This document shows, piece after piece, positions 36,675-49,929 of a stretch of 64,000 bases of DNA. The DNA is from Lophium mytilinum (taxonomy: Eukaryota). The stretch is taken from the NCBI GenBank assembly GCA_010093605.1, contig MU004185.1, positions 889,334-953,333 on the forward strand, given 5' to 3'. Every line of letters starts with the position of its first letter. Position 1 is the stretch's first letter. The notes under the pieces are model-generated. The model did no database searches. It had not been told where the DNA came from and saw only the letters and a list, made by a program, of their open reading frames with translations. A program made the translations under genes and the position numbers.

Positions 36675-38575
36675 ATGGCGGCTCGGCGTGTGCTCTCCCG
36701 AAACATTGCTTCCCTAGCGACTCGCTCCTCCACACCGCGCATTGCCTCTCTCTCCTCCCGAATGTCGTCCTCAAAAGTTAGCACAAGCAAGATTGCCGCA
36801 CGGCGTCTACACGCAACGGCACAGCACCTAAGACCTGCGACGTCGTCTGCTGCTTCGACCCCCGAGTCATTCCCCACTTCCCACGAACCCATCTCCGCCC
36901 CGATCGACACGACCAACTTCCTGGACAACAAGTTCGTCGAGTCCAAGGCCACAAAATGGATAGATCTGTACGACCCGGCGACAAACAACCTGGTGACTCG
37001 CGTGCCGCAGAGCACTGATGCGGAGCTCAAAGCGGCCGTCGACAGCGCACAGAAGGCCTTCCCCGCGTGGCGGGACACCAGCTTGCTGGCTCGTCAGGCC
37101 ATCATGTTCAAGTATGTTGCGCTGATTCGGGAGCACTGGGACCGTCTGGCGGCGAGCATTACGCTGGAGCAGGGCAAGACCACCGCCGACGCAAAGGGTG
37201 ATGTCCTCCGTGGACTGCAAGTTGCGGAGACCGCGTGTGGTATCACCACTCAGATGACCGGAGAGGTGCTCGAGGTGGCGAAGGATATGGAGACAAGGAG
37301 CTATAGGGAGCCATTGGGTGTTGTTGCGGCCATCTGCCCGTTCAGTGAGTTCGGATGATACCTAGCAATACACCGTGACATCAAGCTAATTATATACTAG
37401 ACTTCCCCGCTATGATTCCGCTTTGGTCAATCCCAATCGCAACAGTCGTCGGCAATACCCTCGTTATCAAGCCTTCCGAGCGCGACCCCGGAGCTTGCAT
37501 GATCCTGGCCGAGCTCGCTGAGAAGGCCGGTTTCCCTCCTGGTGTCGTCAACATCATCCACGGATCCGCTCCTACTGTCGACTTCATCCTCGATGAGCCC
37601 CGCATCAAGGCCATTAGCTTCGTTGGCAGCAACAAGGCTGGTGAATACATCTTCTCCCGCGGCTCTGCCAATGGCAAGCGTGTCCAGGCCAACCTGGGTG
37701 CTAAGAACCACGCTGCTGTGCTGCCAGACTGCAACAAGAACCACGCTCTCAATGCTATTGCTGGTGCCGCCTTTGGTGCTGCTGGTCAGCGGTGTATGGC
37801 GTTGAGCACTCTGGTCATGATTGGTGAGACTAAGGACTGGGTGCCCGAGATCGCGGAGCGCGCGAAGGCGCTTAAGATGGATGGCGGATTCGAGCCAGGT
37901 GCTGATTTGGGTCCTGTCATCAGCCCAGAGGCACAGAAGAGGATCGAGAGCTTGATCGCTAGCGCTGAGGCGGAGGGCGCGACTATCTTGCTGGACGGCA
38001 GGGGACAGAAGCCGGATAAGTACCCCAACGGCAACTGGGCAAGTGATTTCCAAGACAGCTCACTATTGTCTCTCTTAAGTATGGTGTTAATTTTTCATAG
38101 GTCGGCCCAACCATCATGGCCAACGTCAAGCCTCACATGAAGTGCTACACCGAGGAAATCTTCGGTCCCGTCCTTGTCTGCCTCAACGTCGAGACCATCG
38201 ACGAAGCTATCGAGCTGATTAACGCGAACGAGTACGGCAACGGTACCGCCATCTTCACTCGCTCCGGCGCCACTGCTGGCAAGTTCCAGCGCGAGATCGA
38301 AGCCGGCCAGGTCGGCATCAATGTCCCTATTCCCGTCCCCGTAAGCATCCCTCGTCTACACACCATGACCATGTACGCTAACCCGGCTGCTTTTCCAGCT
38401 CCCCATGTTCTCCTTCACCGGCAACAAGAAGAGCGTCGCTGGCGGCGGAGCCAACACCTTCTACGGCAAGCCCGGCCTTCAATTTTACACCCAGCAAAAG
38501 ACCGTTACCAGCCTATGGCGCAGCGAGGACGCCGGGTCGCAGAAGGCGAGCGTGAATATGCCTACGCATAGTTAG
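36675..38575 (+). CDS. Methylmalonate-semialdehyde dehydrogenase (acylating), mitochondrial (ALDH6 family)
   Basis: Arg/Ser-rich presequence, then [70 protein letters not shown] and [12 protein letters not shown]. Three introns, one of them GC-AG (38039-38100). Confidence 0.95.
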
Positions 38576-39672
38576 GCCCTTCGATCTCGGGGTATCTAGG
38601 ATTTCAATCTTCGGAGTATACATATATGCATGGCTATCTAGTCAAGGTCGTTCGGGGCTGGGATTGAGCTTTCAAGGACTTGGAAGCCTAGGAGGCAAAA
38701 TTGATAGAAAGGGGGATGGGTGGTAGGGCGAGGAATTTCAACGCTGTGATGAGAGATGAAGGATAGTGTGAATATTAAAGCTTTATGAAGAGTGGATGGT
38801 TTGCATGTTTTGCATGTGAGGGGTGCGAACTCACGTGATGTCGGGATATATAAGCCTCTTTGTTCAGAGTATCTTCTGCTCTTCAAGGAGCGGCGGTGGA
38901 AGGTCTTGGTCACCACAGACACACTTCACTCTCATGTGTGGTGGAAGTGTGTCGGTTTAAAGGAGATCAGAGATGCTCACAATGGTGTGTGTGGGATGGA
39001 TCAAAACTACCACCAACGTCGAAGCATGGAGGTTTGTGGGGTTTCAAAGAATACAATAGTGATCGCGGCTATCATTCTTCATCGTAGTTCTCATCAAGCT
39101 TTCGCTAGTCCCAAAGGTGCGCTTCGTTAGCATCTCATATCTTCAATCCTCTTCATGTTTTCAATGATCAGGATTGTGAACTGGAGGGGAAGATTCACAT
39201 CATCACTATTTCGTTTAGATCACTCTCCGCCACTCTACTCACTCGTGGGTGGGACCACATATCCGATTGTGATCCTCCCTCCCAGCCGTTGAAGACGAAA
39301 TCATACAGGCTTTTTCGACTCCGCGGACTAGTCCATTGAACTGTCGTACCTGAATTGTTGAACAAGTCCTCGAAACCCCAACTTCCTCCATGTCTCCTAA
39401 CTTTCCTCCCTCCAGCCCTTATATACCCCGCCACCAGTCGAAAGAAAACTTCTGCTGACTAATCATCACATGCGCCCCACTAATACACGTGATCAGATCT
39501 ACTAAAACCGATCTAACTTTTAGCAGCGTCATCGATCGAGGAAGCACGGATGCTCATGATGCGCGTGGCTGGTACCTGAGACTTGTTTACGTAGACGCCT
39601 TAAGGCATCGAGAGCGGGGAGTATATAGTCTGTCTATAGAATTCAATTGTATTACTCCCACCTATTACTTAC

Positions 39673-40197
39673 ATGTCTCGATTCTTGCGAACTACGATTC
39701 TGAACAATTACGCGAAATATACTTTCCGAAATACTTATACCGAGACTCTCTTTCGCGACGCGGTTACGACGCAACTCTTCAACGGCGGGAACACCAGTGC
39801 GTTGGTTCAGCGATCAACCCGCGGTATCTCAACTCAGAAATCGGTCACAATGGCACACGGCGAAATGACCCAAAAGCGCGCGGAGGCGGTCGAGTGCACG
39901 CACCACTGGGAGAACATGCTAGAGGATGGGTCGAGGCGGTACCGGGAGTTCAAGAAGGGGACGCGGGATGGGGGACGGGTGACGGAGCAGCACCGGAGTG
40001 AGGAGTCTGAGGAGATGGAGGTGTATTCGAGCGAAGGGGAGGATGGGATGGGGCACGGGGAGGCGCAGCCGATGAAGGAGGCGTATATGAAAGCGAGGAG
40101 GGGGCAGAAGCGCGGGAGTGAAGGGGTGGAGACGGGGTCGGAGAAGAAGCGGAAGGATGATGGGGGGGAGAAGAGGATGGTGAGGGAGTTGTATTGA
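39673..40197 (+). CDS. Hypothetical protein (174 aa, charged C-terminus; could start at a later Met)
   Basis: Uninterrupted ORF with a TATA-like GTATATAG at 39621 and a strongly G/A-biased 3' half. No recognisable motif. Confidence 0.35.
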   Translation: MSRFLRTTILNNYAKYTFRNTYTETLFRDAVTTQLFNGGNTSALVQRSTRGISTQKSVTMAHGEMTQKRAEAVECTHHWENMLEDGSRRYREFKKGTRDGGRVTEQHRSEESEEMEVYSSEGEDGMGHGEAQPMKEAYMKARRGQKRGSEGVETGSEKKRKDDGGEKRMVRELY

Positions 40198-40255
40198 GGA
40201 GGGGTTCGGGAATTGTATTGAGGAGGGGATCGGGAGTTGTATTGAAAAGGGGTCC
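40184..40255. repeat. Tandem minisatellite, 3 x 24 bp
   Basis: GGGAGTTGTATTGAGGAGGGGTTC / GGGAATTGTATTGAGGAGGGGATC / GGGAGTTGTATTGAAAAGGGGTCC. Confidence 0.9.
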
Positions 40256-42577
40256 TTTGGAGATGTTATTGTGGAGAAGGAGTGATGTTTGGATATGTGG
40301 ATTCTATGGGGTTTGGCTTTTGCACGCGGCGTCTGGTGACAAGAGGGAGTAGTGCCTGTTTCTCTGTCGGTCGTGTGCGGGTCTGAAGCCAATTCATGTT
40401 GTTGGTCGAGTGTGGTACCACAAGCTACAAACTGTGTGATACTATCGTCAATTCGAGAGGGGTTAGCCGACAGTGCCTACCTGCATACCACATACGGACT
40501 CGAAGCGTGAGTTCGGACCGCTAAAGGCACGCGATGTTTCCGAATGTGGCGTGTCGAGGGTCTTGTACCGCCGTCATCCAATTTATATCCTTACCGTGTC
40601 TTCCCACAACACCACCATTTCACCCACGAGGTCAGAAAAAGAGCAAATTGTGCAGCGCGCTATGCCCAGAAGACGGAGCATGGGTGATGGCCCGACTGGC
40701 CTCGAGATGCGAGCGCCGTCAAGACTTGCCCTGAGGCTGATCAATCCGTGCAGCTCGAACATACAGGACTCCCCTGGGCTTGGGACCAATAACATGCAAT
40801 AAGATGTGATAAAGCTGCGTCTCTGGGCTTCCCCTATCAGACGGCACATTGTCGGGACAACCAGGCATGGACGAAAGGAGAGGCAGTGAATAATGCCAGG
40901 AACCCATGGTCATGATCGACCTGTGCGTTGTTCGGCTGACATCAAAGCCATGCTTAGAAGCTTCGAAGCCGGGCAAGTCTGGCTCTTCGGTGACGCTCTG
41001 GAGGAGCGCGACTCGAGGCTCGCGGGCCGCTAATGCAGGCAGCGGTGTGGGGTAGAGGGCAAGGCAGCGCCCAAAGGAGGCCGGTCGAGGTCACGATGCC
41101 GCAGCTTTGCGAATGGGGAGCACGGCACGCATCCGAACCCGCAGAGAGGAGGGTGAAACGGGCCGTTGTGCTGCAGGTGCCGAGCGCGCATTCCTCCACA
41201 CACGACGAGGTGGGCTCCCGGCAAGCAGCGAACTGGTGCTGTGGGACGTTGCACGCGGAGCGGTATGGATGCACGCCATGCCTTCACTCCGGCGGAGGGT
41301 GAGGGCGGCAGTGGATGGTTCGATCGTGGCTTCAGGATGCCAGACGAGTTTGCGGTGAGCAAGAACTACAGGACGCAGGCGAATAGGGAATGGGGAGATA
41401 TCTGCAGATAGACGGAGCGGAAGCCATTGGGGCATACGGCACGGCCATCCAGTCCGCTATGTGTAATGGAGTCCCAGCCAGACACTTCAGCGATATCAGC
41501 GGAGGCAGTTAGGTGTGAACGGTGAGTGAAGGGTGCAGCAGTTGGTTAGCAATGTCGTCGATGAGGAGTCTGACAAACGAGTGCTGTCGTCAACACCAGC
41601 GACCAGCCCCAGCAGCTCAGAATCAGACCCAAGGAGCCCGCCCGCTGCGGGCTGACACCAGCATGCAGATGGGTGTGGGGGATTATCGCGAAGATGCTGG
41701 TGTGGGAGCGGAGCCAGCCATAGCCATGGCCCAGGGCATCGATGCTGTACGCCGGTGGTAGTCTCTAGATATGTAGAAGTAGAAGAAGCTGGCACAGGCA
41801 TGCTGACTGCCCAGCACGATGAGACGCGCAGGAATTCTCAGCGGGCCCGATGGGGTTGAGATGGGCATATCCAGCATCGCTAACAGAGGCCTCGCAGTAT
41901 GACTCCAGCGAGCCCCACGGCGCCGGTGGTGACAGAGAGCGTTGGTTGGCGCCGTTGTCTTTACCCATATCCCCGTCCTTGCAGCCCGTCGCGGAGCCAC
42001 GGCACGCATCCAGGCTGCCCGTGTTGCTACTCGGGGCTGGCACGGCTGGGTCATGAGGCCGCTGTACGGACGACTGTAGCTAATTGCCGGGCCTGTTTCT
42101 CCCAGTCTGCTGCAGCTTTGTTGTTTCGAGTCGCGCTACGAATCGTATCGTCCACCCCGCCTGCCTGCGGCCCAGACACGCCGACGCTGCTCGAACCTCA
42201 CAAAAAATCAAATCACCACCCAACCTCGACGATCCACGCCTCACGCTCATTACTGCTGCAATTCCCACTCGAGCGCGCCATGCTGTGCCTGTAGGCCAAA
42301 GGGCTGCGACAATTCGTCCCCACGCCCCCCGTGCATCCTGCCTCCGCACCGTCAGCACCGCTTTCACCCGCCAGCATCGTCTTCGACTACGCCGGCTCCC
42401 ACCCCGTGGTGACGCCCTCTGCCCGGGCCTTCTCCCCAGAGCTCACCACCACGATGCTCGCGCTCCCTGCTGGCATATAATCATATCTCTGCCGGTCCTC
42501 GGGCGGACGCTCGTTTCCTGCCCTGGGTCAACCGTCGTCGGTACCGAACTGGAGCCCGCGCCGGCACAATACTCGAA

Positions 42578-45500
42578 ATGGGGGACCAAGTGAAATCCGG
42601 GACGCTGGCGCCGCCTGCCGTCGCTGCACTGAAGGAGGATGCCGCGGCCACGGGCTCGTCACGCGTGGCTATGGAGCGATCAATCAGCATGGATATTAGG
42701 GAAGAGCGGGAGGATCTCAAGGAAGCCGCCGAGCAGAGCATGAACGTCATTATGGACCTCAACCTCGACGGGAACATTCGCTGGGTCAGCCCGTCCTGGG
42801 AGGCTGTCATTGGAACCACGCCAGAATCTGTCAAAGGGAAAGCCATCGCCGACCTGCTCGTCGGAAACAGCACCCAATTCGCAGACACGCAGGAATCTAT
42901 GAAGAAGGATGACTCTCGCAGCCAGATTATCCGCTTCTCGATCCGCATGGGCCCGTCCTCTGTCCTGCTCCCCAAGCGGTCGCCACGCCGAAAGGATTCC
43001 GACGAAGGCCCTCTTGCCGAGGAGCCATGCGAAGTAGAAGAGGAACACATTCTCAATCTGGAAGCACAAGGCATCATGGTCTACGACCGCACCTCAGGAG
43101 GCGAAAGCCACGTAAGTTTGACTGTAGTAACATCTCTAACCACTATCGCTGATCAATCTAGACCATGTGGATGATCCGCCCTTCGGTCATCCGGGAAGTG
43201 ACCATCGACCTCCCCATGGTCCTCGTTGAAGCTCTGGGAGTCGGTGCTGAGATGCTTGCCAACCATTTGACCGCCTTGGCTGAGGTTGGTGCCAACGATC
43301 CGGCCAACCACCCGCCTCCACTACCTGTGCTATGTCGTATTTGCGAGAGACAGATAACGCCATGGTGGTTCGAGAAGCATACGGAACTCTGCTTGCAAGA
43401 ACACCGAGCGGAGATGGAGGTTCAGCTTGCACAAGAAAGCCTCTCAGACCACCGAAACTCAATCGTCAAAGTCCTGGATGCCCTGGAGGCTCACACTCGC
43501 CAACCCAGAGCTACATCTGGCGAGATTGCCGCTCCTCCGCCAATACCTGAGTACAAAGGCATGCCAATTCAACCCACATCTACTCCATCCTCTGGTACTC
43601 CTTCTGGTAGAAACTCCCCCGCTTCTCCCCCAGCTCGCTCGCGCGATCGTTCAGCAGGCTTTGGACACCATCGTGCGCGATCTTTTGCAATCCGGAGACC
43701 GCTCTCGCGTATCGTAGAGCTCGTTCTAGATCTGTGCGATACTGCACTGGAGATAAACACTCCAGCCATCAAGGATACCAGAGTCCAGTCTGCCTCTGAC
43801 ATCCGAACTCAGTCGCCTCAATCGGAGAACCGCATCTCTCAGGTGCTGCAGTGGCAGTCGCCAAGCACCGGTGCCGTTGAGAACGAGCAGGGTCTCGCTT
43901 CTCTCTGTGAAGACACCGCAAGTCTCGCTCGAGTCAAGGTCGACGCAGTCTTTCGCCATCGTCGCATTCTGGAGTACTCGGAGCGTATTCGCGTAGAATT
44001 CGATGTTTTGGTTCAGGAATGCATCGAGGCTGCCATGATCAAGGCTGCACGGATAGCTGCGGGCGAGGACAGCTCATCCGGAGATGAAGAGGAAGACGAG
44101 CTTCAGCAACTACAGCAGGACAACGACGACCGGGACTCAATCACGCACGAGAATCCCATAGAAGAAGGGGTCTTCCCAGGCTCGTTCGATGGGCCCTCAT
44201 TAATCTCAGCAGCGCTTCGTCATGGTTCTGACTCCCCTCTTCCTCCGCACAGAGAAGGTAGAGAGTCGTCTATTGCCGGGTCAACGAGGTCCAGCAGCCC
44301 CAGAGGCTCTCAGACACCACGATCACACGCAGGAGCCATGAGTATCATATCGCAGAACAAGCGGCAGTCCATGCATTTCGAAAGCGACACAGGTGCAGAC
44401 AGCGACAGCAGTGTGCGATCATCCGTCATGTCTAACCCTCGTCGAGCAGATTCTCCAGGGTCAGAACTCGGTTTGAGTCGTGTCGCGAGCTCTCGGGACC
44501 GTAAGCGGAAAAGCTTGATCCTCCCAAGTGTCATGTCAAGCCGTCAACACTCGCCTGCTAGGTCCATGCAACCACCTTCATCGCCGTTGAGAATGACAAA
44601 GCCCCGACTGCCAAGCGGAATGGAAGGTCTCCAGTCTCCTGTCACTTCTCCTGTGCTAGCTGGCAGCGAATTCTCGTCCCCTGCGATCGTTGCTCAGGTC
44701 CATCACCACCGTAGACAGTCCTCTACAGCCGGATCAGACGTGCTTCGGCCAGTCTCACCACGATTGATACCAGTCAGCGCGCCCCAACCACGAGCTGTAC
44801 CGCCTTCTATAAAGGATTTTGAAGTCGTGAAACCGATCAGTCGTGGTGCTTTTGGGGCTGTATACCTGGCGAAGAAGAGGTCAACGGGCGACTACTTTGC
44901 CATCAAAGTACTTAAGAAGGCCGACATGGTGGCTAAGAACCAAGTCACCAATGTGAAAGCGGAGAGAGCAATCATGATGTGGCAGGGCGAGAGCGATTTC
45001 GTTGCGAAGCTGTACTGGACTTTCTCGAGCAAAGACTTTTTGTACCTGGTGATGGAGTACCTTAATGGAGGAGATTGTGCGTCCTTGATCAAAGTCTTGG
45101 GTGCGCTTCCCGAAGAGTGGGCTAAGAAGTATCTCGCCGAAGTCGTCTTGGGAGTCGAGCACCTTCATAGCCGTGGCATCATCCACCGTGATCTCAAACC
45201 TGACAATCTTCTGATAGATCAGAAAGGACACCTAAAGCTTACCGATTTTGGTCTTTCCCGGATGGGTCTGATCGGCCGACAAAAGCGAAGAGGAAGAGAA
45301 TCCGAAGAACCAGCTCCAGATCTACTTAAGCAGGGTCCCTTCCACCGTGCACCGTCAGTTGGATCTTCTCGGTCAGCGTCCTTCGATCTCAATCCATCTC
45401 CAACAAATACTCCGAACTTGACGGCAGCCGTAGGGGGAGACCTTGGACAACCTTCCTATTTCAGTCTCAATCGAGATGACAGCAGAGAACCATCTAGAAG

Positions 45501-48429
45501 AACGTCCGGCAGCCGAGGTGATAGCGGAGAAGGCGAGGCTATGCAGGCCATGTTCCGTCGTTTCTCTCTCGTTGAAAACATGAACTCTAATCATCGTGCG
45601 CGATCGCCCATTGAAGAAGAGACTTATAGCGACGAAGGGTCCCCGGATATATTCTCTTTACAACACACTTCCACCAATTCAAGCGCCGCCCAGAACAGCA
45701 CTCCGCCTCAGACGTCTGGAATGCCTCCTCCTCCAATGACTCTATTTGATCCCGAGGATGCTACTAATCGTAAGTTTGTTGGGACTCCTGACTATCTTGC
45801 TCCCGAAACTATCCGTGGAAGCGGTCAAGACGAGGTCAGCGATTGGTGGTCACTCGGGTGTATCATGTTTGAGTGCTTGTATGGAATTCCCCCCTTCCAT
45901 GCCGATTCTCCTGAAGAGGTATTCCATAACATCCTTGCCCGCAACATCGACTGGCCGGAAGACGATGTCGCTCAGGTTTCAGAAGAAGCAAAGGATTTGA
46001 TGAACCGTCTCATGTGTCTCGACCCAAGACAACGACTGGGGGCCAACGCTGAGGACAAATACACAAGCGGTGGAATGGAAATCAGGAGCCATCCCTGGTT
46101 CTCAGATATAAACTGGGACACACTACGTGACGATGAGGCATCCTTCATTCCTGCACCAGAAAATCCTGAAGACACAGAGTATTTCGATACGAGAGGAGCA
46201 ACGCTTCAGAGCTTTGCGCCCGAATTCGAGGATCAAGGAACTTCTTCTGCAGGTACTCCAGGTGCAGATTATCCAGACCGACCACACGACGCACTCTCAC
46301 GGGTTCGCTCCCAGATGAGTGTTACCTCGATGAAGAGGGGATTGATTCCTCTACACATCCCCGCTCACGTTCGCGAGGGGAGAAGCAGAAGATTGAGCGA
46401 GCCTGTTGCAACCGACGACTTCGGCAACTTTAGTTACAAGAATCTTCCAGTCCTGGAGAAAGCGAATAAAGACGTCATTCAAAAGCTTCGCGCAGAAGCT
46501 ATGCAGGCTCAAAGCAAGTCGCCGTCCGCAGTTCAATCGCCCACCCTTCCGTCTCCATCGCCATCCCTAGACTCTAGCCCCATGCTTCCAGCGCCTCTAA
46601 AGCGAACGCTTTCAACAACAAAGCCTTCTGGTAGGCCGTCGTCTCCCTCTGTGAGCCAGGCAAACTCTTCGCCAAGCCGGCCCTCGCAACCGTCCTCGCC
46701 GCTGTTAGTATCCTTCAGCACTGGCCAAAACAACGAGAGGCGAAAGACGTCTAGCAGTAGCTCATCCACTTTTTCTCATCAGCCCAGCAACAATCTCCAG
46801 CCAGGTAGTTTCTTCGAATTGCCGCATTTAGGGTCCGGCTTCAAGTCTAGCCCAAGCGCCGTATCACCCATCAAACTCTCTAAAACACCCAGTGCCATCT
46901 CGCAATCATTCCAGGAAAAGGCTCTACAGAATCGCCAGACGTCCATGTCGTCACATGGGAGCGTTTCGTCGCCTAGAGCAAGGTCACAGACCATTGGCTC
47001 CCAAGATGGGGATGTGGTGAGAGATCTTGTCCCTTCTCACCACAAGAGAAGAAGTCAAGTGTTTGATATATCGCCCTCGTCTTCTGATACCGAGGATTCT
47101 CGGGCGAAAGCACTTCTTCGCGTTCAAAGACGGCGACAAAGCTCACGGAGACTGTCGCAAATTAGCGTTGCAGACGGCCCTATGTTCCGGCCCTTGGATG
47201 TTCTTGTCTGCGAAGATCATCCAGTCTCTCGACTTGTTATGGAGAAGTTACTAGAAAAACTGCGCTGTCGAACATTGACTGTTCAGACTGGGTCAGAAGC
47301 GGTGCGTTACGCCATGGGCGAAGTCAAGTTCGACATCATCATGATGGAGTTCAAGCTGCCTCAGATCAACGGAGCTGATGTGGCCCGTATGATTCGCGAC
47401 ACCAAAAACGCCAACAACCACACGCCAATCGTCGCCGTCACCGGCTATTTGAAGGAGTTACAGGCACCTCATCATTTTGATGGCCTTATTGAGAAGCCGC
47501 CCACGCTTACCAAGCTGACAGAAGTCATGTCGAGACTTTGTCAATGGAAAGCGCCTCCGCCAAACTGGACCCCAACAGCTCACTATCCAACTATGACTCC
47601 TTCAATGCCTTCCAGCTTGCGTCAAGAGTCGACACGGCAAGAGGATAGTCCGACATCGAATTCGTCTGGATTTCCACCAATGCCATCCGGAAGCTATCAT
47701 GGGTCGAGTAGAGAAGACTCGATCAGCTCAAGCTTCTTCGGAGATCCAGAAATCCGTCCAGAGGACGTACCTGTTACCATTCAAAAGCACAATATCGACG
47801 ACTGGCGCGATCGCGATTTGGTCCGTATGATCGGCGGCTTGGGGATATCTGAAGACCCCGCGACTGGTGCCGAGTCCAAGAACGCGGCACTGAATTTATT
47901 ACCACCGCTTACACACGAAACCTCTGCGCCAGCTGTCATGCAGCACTTGCCGTCAATCGTGAAGCAGAGGTCTACTGAGCACATTGGAGCAAAGAGGCGC
48001 AATCTTGAGGCCAGAAAACATGAATCTGCGGAGTCAGGTGACGACGAAGATGAGGAGTTGGGTGATGTCAACGTCAGGGCCAAGAGCCCAAAAACTCGAC
48101 CAAAGTCGTCTTCAAAACTCGGTATTGAGATGCTTCGTACCAACAGCAGAGGCAGTGTCATCTCTGTAGAAGATCTTGCAGCTGCAGACACCCTTGCCTC
48201 GTCTCCTCCGCCCTCCATATCAGAGGATCGGGCTGCCGAGGAACAGAGTCTGACGACTCCCGACGTCAAGCCATTTTCTATCACCACGCCTCCTGAAATC
48301 TTCCCACGAGTTCCAGGTGACGAAGTGGAGGATATCGATATGGACGCTACGCCAAAACCGCAAATTGCGGATACCGAGGATCTAGATCGGACTCCTCATG
48401 CATCTGCATCCGCATTACTTATCGAATAA
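42578..48429 (+). CDS. RIM15: Rim15/Cek1-like Ser/Thr kinase with PAS, CCHC zinc finger, split kinase and receiver domains
   Basis: PAS-like exon 1 (IMDLNLDGNIRWVSPSW), intron 43112-43161, CRICERQ...FEKHTELC, KPISRGAFG, HRDLKPDN, DFGLS, a long insert, FVGTPDYLAPE and a receiver domain VLVCEDHPVS...DIIMMEFKLP. Confidence 0.95.
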
Positions 48430-49929
48430 ACCACCCCCGTCATCACCTGAAACTGCATAGATCGTATACTACGTCCACAATTTCCTTAGTCTCGTTTGTT
48501 ATAAAAGGTACTCCTCTCGTTTCATCATGGCACCATTTCCTATCATGACTTTCAGCAAGGTGTTGGCGGTGTTATTCTAGGAGACCTCTAGGTAACTGGG
48601 CGGGCGTTCAAGGCACATGGCACACTAAGATTGAGGCTACTCCCATCTTTGATCTTTCCTGCGTTCTGTGTTTGACGCTCTGCATGCTCCATTGGGCGGG
48701 TGTGAGAGGACGACCCCGAAATTGAATACTCTACTAAGCGACTAACTTTCTTTTGTTGTTTGATCCCGATGGGATCTTGCGTTGTACACACACTGCATAC
48801 TGGCGTTTCTGCCACATAATCCTTCCTTTCTCCTTTCCTGATCACAGCTTGCCCCTCGTCGGATGGCCTGCCTACACAGTCTGCTTTTCTTTTATTGGCA
48901 GTATCCTTTCACTACCCCACCATTTTCACTTTCTCATTTGTTTTATCACAGGATCGGGTTTTGTGAATTATTTGACTAGTGACTTTTGGGGCGGCGGGCC
49001 GATTTCTCTTCTTGTATCTTAGTATGGGGGTACGGGGGACTTTTTTGTGCGAGGGAGAGAAATAAAAACAAATCCCAGCTGATATGGATATGGCTGGGTG
49101 CCTGAGCTGGGGTGAGGGGAGGAGACGTGACACTTGTATATATGCTACGTATACTTGTGCGAGAATGGAAGGGGTTTTCGCTGATGCGAATATGTGGTGC
49201 CTCACTAACTTGGATTGACGTGATGCTGTACAGCGTATATTTGGGGGACTATGCTGCTGGGTGCTGATCGTGGCGTCTTGCATAGAGTTCCAGCTTACAA
49301 CAGCAAGAATCGCTCACCGTCGTCTGGTTTCCTTGGCTAAATGAAGTAGACCGGGCTTGCAGGTGATCAGGCGTGACCTCGCCCTGGTTTTTTCGATGAG
49401 AGGATATCAGGACTAGATGTTATGTAGTAAGCGGAGATGCATCTACACAGAAAGATCAAAAGTGTTGCATCATGTTAAACCTCTAATGAACACCCGCATT
49501 TCAGCTCGTATACTTACTGTAATTGAATTAGAGCTCTTTTGCACTCATCTCTCCATAGGCTATATGAATCAATCATTCTTTCATCATCGAATGAAGGGTC
49601 GGAAAAGATGTGAGGCTTTATAGATCTTGTGAATTATATCGAGAGATACTCAACTAACCAAAAGCAGCCTAGCCGCACGTGTCGGTTCGTCAGATCGGAG
49701 CCCAATCCAACTCCACTCCAAGACCCGTTCACTCTCATCTTGAGCCAACCCTCGCCAACTTTGTCTTCTAAATTCTCTTCGTCGATGACAGCTTGTCTAG
49801 CGTCACTTTTCGCACACTCTTAACAGCCCATATTTTGGAGCAGTCACGAGCCTGACGTCATTTTCTCTTCGCCCAAGTCATTTTGATACCCGGAATCTGG
49901 TGCTTTTCAGTCCTCTGCAAACATCGAAT

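Noticed and set aside
40184..40255. Short repeats as a CRISPR-like array
   Set aside because: Head-to-tail units with no spacers in a eukaryotic genome, so an ordinary minisatellite.
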